DNA of 64,000 nucleotides, from positions 32,314,464 to 32,378,463 of the forward strand of contig NC_043011.1 of assembly GCF_006345805.1 (NCBI RefSeq), read 5' to 3'. The translations under genes were made by a program, and so were the position numbers. Below the pieces are notes generated by a model that did not search any database, was not told the DNA's origin, and saw only the letters and a list, made by a program, of their open reading frames with translations. The stretch is from Octopus sinensis. Lineage: Eukaryota. Shown in pieces: positions 13,001 to 26,400 of the stretch; position 1 is the first letter of the stretch; the number at the start of each line of letters is the position of its first letter.

Positions 13001-15986
13001 ATTCTGCAAGTTCATCACCTTAGAGTTGATTTGATTTACTCTTTTACTTGTTTCAGTCATTTGACGGTGGCCATGCTGGAGCACAGCCTTTAGTCAAAGA
13101 AATCGACCCCAGGACTTATTCTCTGTGAGCCTAGTATTTATTCTATTGGTCTATTTTGCTGAACTGCTAAGTTATGGGGGAGTAAACACACAAATATCGG
13201 TTGTCAAGTGATGATGAGGGCTTAAACACAGGCACACAGACACACAAACGTCGTGCTTCTTTCAGTTACCAAATCCACTTACAAAGCATTGGTTGGCCTG
13301 AGGCTATAGTATAAGACAGTTGCCTAAGGTACCATGCAGTGGGATTGAACCCGGAACCATGTGGTTGGGAAGCAAGCTTCTTTCCACACAATCACTCCTG
13401 CGCCTATATTTAAGTGTGTGTGTGTCTGTGTTTGCTCATCTCCACCATTGCTTGACAACCGGTGTTGGTGTGATTACGTCCCTGTAAGTTAGCAGTTTGG
13501 CAAAATAGACTGATAGGATAAGTACTAGGCTCGATTTCTTTGACTAAAAACCCTTTAACGCAGTGCTCCAGCATGGCCACAGTCAAATGACTGAAAAAAG
13601 TTAAAGAATAAAAGAAAGAATGGAGAAATAAAAGAAAGAATGGAGAAATAAAAGAAAGAATGGAGAAATTACCTGCAATATCTTGAATATTTGAAAGTAC
13701 AGCATCAATGTAAGCCTCAGCTGTCGAATAATTGATCTTCTTTTTCACACGACACACTTGTTTTGACTGAGCAATGCCCTCTGGAAAATATTATACAAAG
13801 AATCTTAAATAATAATAATAATAATAGTAATAATGCCAATACATGCAGATAGAGAAATTAAGGCCAATAGGCCAGATATAATTGTCAGAGATCATGAAGA
13901 AAAAAAATGTCGCCTAATAGGGCAATTTTTAAGCTAGTTATATATAAATACATAGAAAAGCATTACCGATTAAGCATAAACAAAAGTAGGAAATGAATTT
14001 AGGAGATTGAGTGGTGGGGAGGCCCTTCCTAGAAATGGAATGAGATAATTTTATCTACCATAAAAACCCATGTAATTTATGCACATTTTTTTGCAAAAAT
14101 AAAAATAAACTTTAGAGGGTGTATAAATTACATGAGTAGATAGTTTTCAGAATTTCTTTTGGTTGTAAAAAAATGTACAAAATGTAAACATTTGACTCAT
14201 TTAATGTCAGAAAAGGTTTTTACAGAAAAAAATAATGGCTTAAATATGAAGTTGACGGTATAATGCTTACTTTTCTGTATAAATTTACTAAAAACCATTA
14301 AATGGTTAACTATTTTTTGAAGTCTGATGTTCATGCTAGTAAACACAGTCCAGGCCATATTTTACATTGTTTCGAGTTTCTACCTATCACAATGGGGCAC
14401 CATTAACATACATAATGATATGAATATTCCTGACTGAAAAAAAATGTAATGATATAATGTTGATAGTATGTTTTTATTTTTGTCTGTTTATTATTTAGGC
14501 ACAGTTTTAAGTTTGTTGTACTGTTTACACCAATTTCAAACATTGGCTCTATTGCCACATTCAAATGCATATTCAACATATTTAATTTCTCCTTCGTAGT
14601 AAATGATTCGTAAGTTCTGCTCATACTGACAATAACGGTAATGACAAATTTTAAAGTTTGCTTGACATTTTATAAGTGTGGAAGGGGTTAAACTTTTGAT
14701 ACTCCATATCAAAGATTCCAACAAGAATAGGTGGGAAAAAAATTCTGTTTACATAATCAGTTTGATCAGTCACCTTCCTCTGTCAGTTGAATAAAGTGTC
14801 ATCTAAGCTGATGGTTATTGGTAATTAAACTTAATTTGCAACACTTGTGTGTATTTATCAGCTTTGTTTTTGTTGGTAATTCTTATCAACAACTTTGCCT
14901 GTTGACAACCGATGGTGAGGTCTTTACGTCCCCGTAACTTAGCAGTTCGGCAAAATTGACCGAAAGAATAAGTACTAGGCTTCCAAAGAATAAATCCTAG
15001 GGTCGATTTGCTTGAGTAAAAGGCGGTGCTTCAGCATGGCCGCAGTCAAATGACTGAAATAAGTAAATATATATATATTACACATACACACACACACACA
15101 GATACTCATACACAGATTCAAGAAAACCAGCTTTGTTATAAAGATAATGATTTGTTTGTTAAGGCAGAAAACATAATAAAAAAAGGTGAAGCATTTTCTA
15201 AGATAATGCTGGATGTTTACAACTAACCTTTTAGAAACAAGATTTCAAGCAACCCTCGCAATGTCACATTCTTTTTACAGTAGTCATACTGAGCTTCTGT
15301 TTGGTTCATCCACTGACTTCTGACAATATAAAATATTTGATTACTTTAAAGGGTTTTATAAAATGAAAATGGAGGATGATGATCATCATCGTCATCATCA
15401 TCATCATCATTTTAATGATGTTACCATGGAAAAATGGACATTAAATGGAAGGAATGAATAAATGTATATTTGTGGATATACTGAAATCCTCTCCACTACA
15501 TATGCACACATACACATATATACACACAAGTATCAAGGGTTAAAAAAAAAATGTTCATGTGAACTTTTCTTACTTTGTCTGCTGAGCTGCCAATCTCAGG
15601 GCGTAGACATTCAGATGAGAGGACCCATTGATCCCTTGTTGGATGCTAAAAGATTTCTTGGCCTTGGCACTCATGGGGAAGTTAGTGAATTGATGCTCAT
15701 TGACTAGAAACAAAAGAAATAAAGTGGAATGGTTTACTAACAGACATTCAACACGAATGAATAAAACGAAAGTAAATACTCTTTACTCTTTTACTTGTTT
15801 CAGTCATTTGACTGCGGCCATGCTGGAGCACCGCCTTTAATCGAGCAACTCGACCCCGGGACTTATTCTTTGTAAGCCCAGTACTTATTCTATCGGTCTC
15901 TTTTGCCGAACCGCTAAGTAACAGGGACATAAACACACCAGCATCGGTTGTCAAGCAATGCTAGGGGGACAAACACAGACACACAA

Positions 15987-16031
<45 letters not shown>

Positions 16032-19000
16032 TACGACAGGCTTCTTTCAGTTTTCGTCTACCAAATCCACTCACAAGGCATCGGTCAGCCCGGGGCTATA
16101 GCAGAAGACACTTGCCCAAGATGCCGCGCAGTGGGACTGAACCCGGAACCATGTGGTTGGTTAGCAAGCTACTTACTACACAGCCACTCAAGCAATAGGA
16201 AAATGCTCCATTTTCAACTCCTTATACCTAGATACAGTTATTTGTGCTGTGCATGTTAAATGATAGATGAAATACACTATCCAAACCTCTTACCCACGAC
16301 TATTGTCCAGAGGTGCATTACCTGATTAACACAATGGCAATTACACTATAATATAATAAAATAATATCAACACCACCTATATAAATTCCATATTGTTAAT
16401 CATTAGACTACTTCCTACTGCTGGCTTTCTTAGATATCTGATCTGATATCTCCTCTAACTCGGTACAAGGCAAAGTCTAGTATATAACCCCATCTTTCTT
16501 TGAGCTCCTTAATGATAAGTAGTGCACTACTATTACCACCAGGTGTTTCCTTTCCAGGAAAACATGTCCTTATATTAAAAGTAGTCTCCACATCCTGTAT
16601 AACATATTCGTATATCTCCTCTAACTCGGTACTAGGCAAAGTCTAGTATATAACCCCATCTTTCTTTGAGCTCCTTAATGATAAGTAGTGCACTACTATT
16701 ACCACCAGGTGTTTCCTTTCCAGGAAACATGTCCTTATATTAAAAGTAGTCTCCACATCCTGTATAACATATTCGTATATAAAACAACATCCTACATCTT
16801 TCCAATTGATAAGTCAATTGCGCATAACACTACAATTTCTTAATAGCTAGGACTTACCATTTGATTGCCTTCGTACCCTCCCCCAACATTCAACCTATAT
16901 CTGCAGAATACCCATAAATTCTGCGTATCTCTGCCTGCCTCACTTCATTCTTTAGCCTTAGCTTCATAAGGCGACGAGCTGGTAGAAACGTTAGCACGCC
17001 AGGCGAAATGCTTAGCAGTATTTCTTTTAAGGCAGCGAGCTGGCAGAAACGTTAGCACGCCGGGCGAAATGCTTAGCGGTATTTCGTCTGCATTACGTTG
17101 TGTGTTCAAATTCCGCCGAGGTCGACTTTGCCTTTCATCCTTTCGGGGTCGATAAATTAAGTACCAGTTACGCACTGGGGTCGATGTAATCGACTTAATA
17201 CCTATGTCTGTCCTTGTTTGTCCCTTCTGTGTTTAGCCCCTTGTGGGTAATAAAGAAATAAGTATTTCGTCTGCTGTTACGTTCACAGTTCAAATCCTGC
17301 CGAGGTCAACTTAACCTTTGATCCTTTTGGGGTCGATAAATTAAGTAGCAATTACGCACTGGAGTCGATGTAATCGACTTAATCCCTTTGATTGTCCTTG
17401 TTTGTCCCCTCTATGTTTAGCCCCTAGTGGGCAATAAAGAAATAAGTAGTAACACTTCATAGTTATGTAATAGTTACTGTGGAAATGGTTTAAACTGCCG
17501 AAACAGGAAAAAATAAAATAAAAAGAAAAGTCAATATAAAACAACAAAAATGGTTAAAGAGGAACAACTTCTTTAAAACAACAATGATGCCCCTCCTCAG
17601 GAAAATAATGATTACAGAAGATTGCTGGTCACAGCTGTGATCAACGATCTTTTTCTTGTTCAATGGCATCCTTCTTTTAAAAGATTGTAGGGTTTGAGTT
17701 GAGTGTGAATTTATCGATCACAAAAGGGGGTCGATAAATTCGCACTCAGTGACAGTAAAGTACTGATGCTAGTTAAATTGAACTTTTCTTTTTCTATAAT
17801 ATGTCCTGATACCAAAAGCAGAAATAATTTATTAATTAATACAGTGGATAGCAGTAACGGTAGAGAACTGGACGAAAAGCCCGAGATGGGGGGGATGTAT
17901 GTAGTTATCCCCCTTACATTCTGGCTTCAAATCTCGAAGTAAAACTGTGCATTTTCATTCCTTTGACGGTCAATAAAGTAAGTGTTAATCATATAGTGTG
18001 GACGATTAAGTTGACTGCACACTTCCAGTCAATATTAGTAGCCTTATACTTATTATAGAAATTATCATTATCAGTAATACTGCATGGTATCTCAAGGACT
18101 TTAACTTAAAAAGTCCAAGTAGATCTAAACTAGTGAAAGACATGATAGGACAACCTCCTTCCCAACGAAATCGTCGTCGCTGTAGTCACCATCGTCGTCG
18201 CCACCACCACCTCATGGAGCGACAGAGACCTTTGGAGATATGTTGTGCTAGAGAAGACCTGGCGAGTCAAGTGAGACCATAACCGTGGCCTATGCCAGGG
18301 TAGCATAACCAGCCCATTTAAGAATACTTTTCAATCATTGGGCAATAAACTGTGGTTGAGTAGACCTGTTGAGTCAAGTGAAATCATTGTCGTGGCCAAT
18401 GCCAGTACTGCCTGACTAGCTCCCATGCTGGAGGCACGTAAAAAAGCACCATTTGAACGTGGCTATTCCCAGTGCCTCCTTGACCGGTTCCTGTGCCGGT
18501 GGCATGTAAAAAGCAACATTCGAGCGGAGTCATTGCCAGTGCCGCCTGACTGGCTCCTGTGCTGGTGGCATGTAAAAAGCACCATCCGAACGTGGCTGAT
18601 GCCAGTGCCCCCTGACTGGTACCTGTGTTGATGGCATGTAAAAAACACCATTTGAGTGTGGTCATTGCCAGTGCCGCCTGACTGGCTCCTGTGCTGGTGG
18701 TATGTAAAAAGCACAATTCAAGTGTGGTCGATGCCAGCTCCCCCTGACTGGCCCTCGTACTGGTGGCACGTAAAAAGCACCCACTACACTCTTGGAGTGG
18801 TTGGTGTTAGGAAGGGCATCCAGCTGTACAAACCTTGCCAGGTCAGATTGGAGCCTGGTGCAGCTGCTGGCTTGCCAGTCCTCAGTCAAACCATCCAACC
18901 CATGCCAGCATGGAAAGCAGACGTTAAATGATGATGATGATGATATCTGTGTGTGTATGTCTTTGTGTCTGTGTTTGTCTTCCACCACCTTGACAACTGG

Positions 19001-20398
19001 TGTTGGTGTGTTTATGTCCTCCATAACTTTGTGTGGTTCAACAAAAGAGACCGATAGACTAAGTACCAAGCTTTAAAAAATAAAAGGCAATGGGGTTGAT
19101 TTGTTTGACTAAATTGCTTCAAGGTGGTGCCCCAGTCTAATGACCGGAAAAGGTAAAAGATAACAAAAGATAAAACGATGACCTGTTTGACAGAGCTGTC
19201 CATTCATGTGTGAATCAGATATATTCTAACAATGGAATTTTTGAGAAAAAGCCTAAAATCGAATCAAAAATGGAGATAGATGTTTACTGAAGAACTTCAC
19301 AGCAGACATGATAAGAACTCACTGTTATAATCCATTTTGTGGTAGCAACAACTGATACATGACAATATACGAGCTTGGTTTAGCTGCAGGAAGATGTTCA
19401 TGACTGTTGGTGTCAAATCTCCACAACAATGTAACCCCATCAACATTACAGGTTCTTCTGCGGAGGATGGTGCTGTTGTAGGAGGTCTTTTATGTTGTTG
19501 TTGATGGTTACTGAGGGCTTCTTCAAACTGTTGCAGGCATTCTTTTGACTGCTTCAATTGAAGGATGCAAGTGGAAAATTTACAAGTTGGAAGCTGTTCA
19601 ATTTCTGTGAGGGAAGAAAGTGAAAAGCAAAAATAGATCTGAAGCATTACAAAGCACAGCAGTAAAATGGTAAATTGGTTATTTGAAGTTATGGAATAAT
19701 TCTTACCAAACTGAGCAGCACGCATTTCAGATTTGTGAGCAAAAATTTCATGGCATTCAATGCCCAAAATATCATAGCCATGCGTAGAAGATAATGCATG
19801 ATCTATGTAACCCTGTGGATTAAGAGATTAAATGAAAGATTAGAAATAAATCCTTGTCTTCTTGCTGCCTCTGCTCCACAATAACAACAACAAAGTTACT
19901 TAGTAAACTAATGAGGGATCCTTAATGAAATTGCACAAACTGTTAAACATAGTAGCCAAATCTCATTCAAATCATATCCTACAATCTCAAAAAGGGAAGG
20001 ATGAATGTGACAATGTAGTTCTAGATATATAAATTTATGGATGGCCACAGTTGGAATGCTTCTTTGATCATATGCTTGTTCAACTTCTTAAACTACACAG
20101 CCATACCTGTGCTTATTTTCTCAGAACCACTTTAGACTATTTAATAAAGTGAGGAGGCGTGGTTTGCAAGTGGCCTGTGCTGATGCCATGTAACAGCGCT
20201 TGTGCGGTGCCACATTAAAAGCACTCAGCACACTCTGTAAAGTGGTTGGCATTTGGAAGGGCATCCAGCCGTGGAAACCAAGCCAAATCAGACTGGAACC
20301 TGGTACAGCTCTCCAGCTTGCCAATCAAACCATCCAACCCATGCCAGCATGGAAAGCAGACATTAAAGGATGATGAAGGTGATGATGATGACGACTGT

Positions 20399-20429
<31 letters not shown>

Positions 20430-23400
20430 GCTGCTGCTACATAAACCTGATGATTGCGTAGCACATGAAGGTACTAGTTTTATAACAATAAATATATAAA
20501 ATTCTATTATTATAATATTGTGAAAATTGTAAATAATAAAACGTAAAAATCAGACTAGATTGGAATTTGATTGATTAACATATTCTTCAATACACAATCA
20601 TACAAACTCGGATGTGTGTGTGTGTGTGTGTCTATACACAGTTGAATGTGTGTGTGTTTGTTTCTTCTGTTCCTTGGCAATTAGTGTTGGTTTGTTATGT
20701 TCCCATACTTAGCAGTTTGGCATAAGAGATTGAAAGAGTAAATACCAGACTGAAAAAAAGATTAGCACTAGGGTCAATTTGTTCTACCAAATTCTTCAAG
20801 GCAGTGGCCCAGCATGGCTACGGTCCAACGAATGAGACAAGTAAAAAGTAAAAGAAAAAAACAAAAAAACGAAAGATAAAGATTGCATAAAATATTTCAC
20901 ATTATCCAGTAAATGCTGTGTTGTGCTGTGCATAAAATAATTAAAATTAGTTTAAACTTGTTTCAAGGCAAAAAGCAATACTCACCAGACCAGAACCAAC
21001 ATCAACCAAAGTATGGATGTTTGCACAAGAGGCTAGATTATGAACAAGACTTGACATGGCAGTTATTTCATGTTTTTTCTTCATACTCAGGCCATCAGTG
21101 AAAAATGAATTAAGTGGTGGAGGATCAAAGTTGTCCAACTGTTTCCGGTGTGTAGACAACTCTATGCATGTCTCAATGTATTCTTTCAGGCTGTCTGGAC
21201 AGTTACTCTGTAACACAAATAAAAACAAATTCATTCTTTATTAAGCCAAAAAAGGTCTTCAGATTTTCCAACATAGAAGAAATGAGTATTTGTAATAGTC
21301 GTGTATTTCTATTAAGGATTTGACAATGGTTGTTTCTTGTAGTCACATACAAACATACACAGATGTGTACATATGCTGTAAATCCTTGAGTATAATCCAC
21401 ATTTTTTCCCCAAAATTTAAAGGTCAAAATCCGTAGTGCGTACTATATATGAGGTTAAAAATGAAAAATATTTTCTAAGCAATGTCCGAGTCTCTATTTG
21501 CTGTCCAGCAATGTTTATTCAGACGCATTTTGTGATGTCGGGCGCAAAAATACCTTAAGCTAAGCCTGAAAGCAATGAAGTCATAAAAGAATCACCCATA
21601 ACTTGCAATAAGCAACATTTATTAAACGTTATTACTGTTATTTCTTTATTTTCTGCAAACAAAATGCACAAAAAAGCTACACGTTTGCATTATGTTATAT
21701 ATACAATAATAATAAAGGACGTTACCGTATACATTTTTACAAACCAGGGGCGTTATATAGACCTCCTTGACTCAAGTTAGAGAAGGGGTGCGTACTATAC
21801 ACAAGGTTTAGGTTTTTCAGAGGTACAGCCCCCTAAAAATACCCTGCGTATTATACTCAAGGGTGGACTATACTCGAGGATTTACGGTATACATTACATA
21901 CATGATGGTAGTCTTCAAAGTTCAAGAAAGATGGTTCTGCAATTTGTTGCTGAATAAACTGCACAAATGATGATGATGAATTCCAATATTTTAAATCTGG
22001 GTTTGTCCCTGTTAATGGGGGTGGCCAGATCTACCTCACTTTTATAGCAACTGCTCTCACACTATCTCACCTATTTTTGGGCATCCTCCCTCCTCAATCC
22101 CCTCCTCCACCTGTACCCTCCACATTTTCTTTGGCCAACCTCACTTTCATGGTTCATTCACTTTGAACTCAAGCACTCTCCTCAGAACATGATCCACATC
22201 CCTCCTCAACACATGTCCAAACCACCGCACTCCATTCACCCTTGCCAGTTGTTCCATCGATTCCTCCAACCCCAACATCCTCATCAAGTCCTCAGCCTTC
22301 CCTTTATCCAACAGTTTCACATCACACATTGCTCTTGCCATTGCTCTCTCAGTCCTTCTCAAAACTGCCATTTCGTTTTCCCTCAGACACCATGCCTCAC
22401 TCCCATACAGCATTGTAGATCTCACGCAACTCTGATAAACCCTTCCTTTCATCTTCAAGGAGAACCTTTTCCCATTTAATAACACTCCACATTCCCTGAA
22501 CTTTACCCAGCCAAGTCTCACTCTTGGCATCACAGCTGCTCCACATCCACCACTTACATCCACCCTATTTCCCAAATAACAAAAGTGATCAAATGTTTGT
22601 GCTGTATGTTAGCTCATTCCCACCATGAAATTGATGTTGCCTGAACAGCTGTAGGTGTCAAAGTGATCACACGGCAATGTGAACTGAAGTCTTTTGCTAA
22701 AAAAAGAACAATGTAATCTCAACCAATCCAAGAATTGAAACCGTGATCTTGTGATCATGAGTTCAGCAGCCTAACCACTAGGCCTCATGCCCTCAACATT
22801 AAAGAATTATCTGGATAGATACTCTCTAATACTTGGAAATTTGTTGCTGCTGTTGTTAAACATTAGGTAAGCTATGACTGAGCAAACCTATGATCAAAGG
22901 CATTCCTACCATGACCATCCAATCTTAATTTTTCAGGAATAGTGTACACTGATTTACAATAACCAATGTATTGTTTTTGAAAAAAACATTAGAAGCTAGT
23001 GTCACCATGGCACTATGTAGAAGCTCTCCTGACTTCCAAGTTTATTATTTTTTACATTAGTACAATGTCTCTCTCTTTACTCTTTTACTTGCTTCAGTCC
23101 CTTGACTGCGGCCATGCTGGAACACCGCCTTTAGTCGAGCAAATTGACCCCAGGACTTATTCTTTGTAAGTCCAGTACTTATTCTATCAGTCTCTTATGC
23201 CGAACCGCTAAGTTACAGGGACGTAAACACACCACCAGACAGAAACATACGTTGCCGGGTCTAGTGCCAGTGCATGTTGTTCATTGCCGGGTCGCAGTAA
23301 AAATTTCTCACTAAATCAAGAGCTAAGTTTCTTATCACATTTCAGCCCGGGCCAGTTTTCTTGCTTATGAGCTAGTTGGAGCTTTTTATGAGAGTAATTA

Positions 23401-26400
23401 ATATTCATTGGACTTTAGTTTTCACACCTGGAATGGCATAATCATGGAAAATTAGCAGGACTGTGCACATGCCATTAGTCGGACAAAAAAGAAGGCAGAA
23501 GAAAGTGAAAAACTCGAGTTTGGCCGCAAAATAGCATGATTTTGAAAATACATATAAATCTTGTTTGTTGAGTTTTGGTTTCCCACCCAACTCAGTTCTG
23601 TGCAATCAGTGTCACGACGGGAATGCATGGGTTGGGAGTTTGACTGGCAGAGGCGTCCAATCAAAAAACAGCTGGCAGTCTATTGGCGTATCTAGCTGTA
23701 CGCATGCACCGCATACAAATTTCTATGTTTTAGCGATTTTGAATGGATATGCCAATAACTTATGGGCATAAGGGGTCAGTTTATCGATTTTTTTAATGGC
23801 TTTCCGGGGAGACTGGGGAAATGATAAGATCTTCACAACCACCCTCAGACAGTTTTGAAAGCCCATAGAAAATGCGAGCCTTTTACATGAAAAACTGTGG
23901 ATTTGTATAAAGGACACACAGACACACGGATACACAGACATTTTGCTGTTTATAGATATAGAGATGAGAAAACAACAAGAAAACACTCATTCCTCAATAG
24001 AATATTTTGATGACAACTGACAAAATGGAGGAGAAATAATTATTATATTTACCGTTATTGTTCCTTCTGTTAGGTGTTTAAGTTGTTCTGTTGACAATGT
24101 TATTAAATAATCCAGCCACTAGAAACGAAACAAAGAAATTGAAACAAAAACATTTTGGAGAGTTTTAAGGTATAAAAAATTGAGCAATGAATGATAGAGA
24201 TTATTTTTTTAAATACTGACCTTGCTCTTAATAAAATAACATGTTGGATTAATAGCTCATGCATTATCAGTTAACCCTTTAGCATTCTGATTACTCCGCC
24301 AAATGTAATGCTTATTTATTCCCATTGTTTTGAATTAATAATGTGTTATCTCTTTGAGAATTTTATGATGTAATTGTAATATATATATATAGGCAAAATT
24401 AATAGAGGACACATAAGTGACCGAAGGTACTGACCAGCACCAGCTCTTGCCAGAAACAAGAGTTAAAATAACTCAAAAGCCACAAAGCACTGTACTTAAT
24501 GACTGACGAAGGGAGGTAAGTCCCCACTGTATATAACAATTTTGGATTTTGAGGCATAGCAGCTTAATCCTTGTCAGTGACTCTTAATGCTTAGAGTTAA
24601 ACTCAACTACCGCTGTCAGTCTTATAAGAAAAACCGTTGAAAACTTGTGCTGATTTTCAAAGCAGTAAAAGTGCAAACAACAAATTAAATGGGCGGTGCT
24701 GGTCAGTACCCTCGGTCACTTTTGTGACCTGTATTAATTTTGCCTTTAGATTCAAATTGCTAATAAGCTACCCATTTAATTTGTTTTATATATATATATA
24801 TAATTTAAAAATAGGATAAAATCTTTATAAGAAATTATCAAGTAGTTAGCGTGAAAAACCTAACCTCATAAGGGAAAAATTTGTTAATTATTCCCTTTAA
24901 ATATATTTATTTATATTAAGGGCATTACTATACATAAATGCCTCATGCTAGGTGGGACTCAAAGTCAAAACTAGTTTTGACTTTAAGGGTCCCTCCTAGA
25001 ATGAAGCATTTATGTATAGTAATGCCCTCTTAATATATATATATATATATATGGAATTAGCATCATCTTGTCCTGTGTATGAATTTTCTCTTTGTTCCAT
25101 TGTTTGGTTTCCTGTTCAAATTTTGAAACTTATTATTTGATGAAATGCTATGCATGCTTTTTATTTCTTACTATTTAATATATGTTGCCAGCTCTGTCTG
25201 GCACCTGTGCGGGTGGCACGTAAAAAGCACCCACTACACTCACGGAGTGGTTAGCGTTAGGAAGGGCATCCAGCCGTAGAAACACTGCCAGATCTGACTG
25301 GGCCTGATGAAGCCTTCCAGCTTCACAGACCCCAGTTGAACCGTCCAACCCATGCTAGCATGGAGAACGGATGCTAAATGATGATGATGATGATGATGAT
25401 GTATGTGTGTGTGTGTGAATGTGTGTGTGTGCATGTGAAAGTGTATGGCTCAGTTGTTAGGGTGTTGTACTCATGATTATGAGATCGTGGTTTCAATTCC
25501 CACACAGGGTGTTGTATAGTGTCCTTGAGCAAAGCATTTCATTTGATGTTGCTCTGCAATCATTTCGTCATTCAACATGTGGCACGTTGTACACCTGTAC
25601 AGGTAATAGTGATGTTCTGAGATGGGAGAAGGCTGCAAATGATCGCCCATGTTGCGGACAAATACTGCGAGGTGAAGAAAAAGAGGAACACACTTGTCGG
25701 AAGGAAAAGCCAGTAGTGCTGACAGCGAGCTCCTTCAAATGCAGTTGCTGTATGCGTGACTGCCACTACGGTGTGGGCCTCTACAGACACAGGAGGCAGT
25801 GTACCACCATTAGCAGCTGACAAGATTTCTTTGGGCACAGATCCATGGCCTCCCAAGACTGATGGATGCCTACTTCACACACACACACACACAAAATAGG
25901 TGCAGGTGAGGCTTTGTGGTAAATTCACTTCTGAATCACCTGGTTCTGGGTTCAGTCCCCATGCATGGCATCTTGGGCATGTGTGTTCTACTATAGCTTT
26001 GAACAAACCAAAACCTGGTGAATTGATTTGATAGACAGAAACTGCAAAAAATGGCCTATTTTATGTGTGTGTGTGTGCAAGCATGTGAATGAGTTCTTAT
26101 TTTCCCTCATTTTCATGGGTTTGCTAGTTGTATATAATAGTTCACTACAAAAGCATATCTGATATGTTGCATGGTCTTTGTAAGCAAAAAGGCTCATTTC
26201 AATAGTGATGTTTGCTTTCAGGGAAAATAGGTGTGGGTTGGTAACAGGAAATGCATCCAGCTGTAGAAAATTCATCTCCAGTTTGTTCTGATCCAAACGA
26301 TGCAAGCATGGAAAAGCAGTCGTTAAAACAATGATGATGATGACAATAATTATAATGATGACAATGATGATGATGAATTCTGAGATCTACTTGATCAAGG

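Noticed and set aside
18390-18790. CRISPR-like appearance of repeated units
   Set aside because: Eukaryotic context, no cas genes, the spacers are homologous to each other, and the array is part of a LINE 3' UTR.
25290-25340. CTGATGA in an RTE tail as a hammerhead core
   Set aside because: There is no suitably placed GAAA or stem III.
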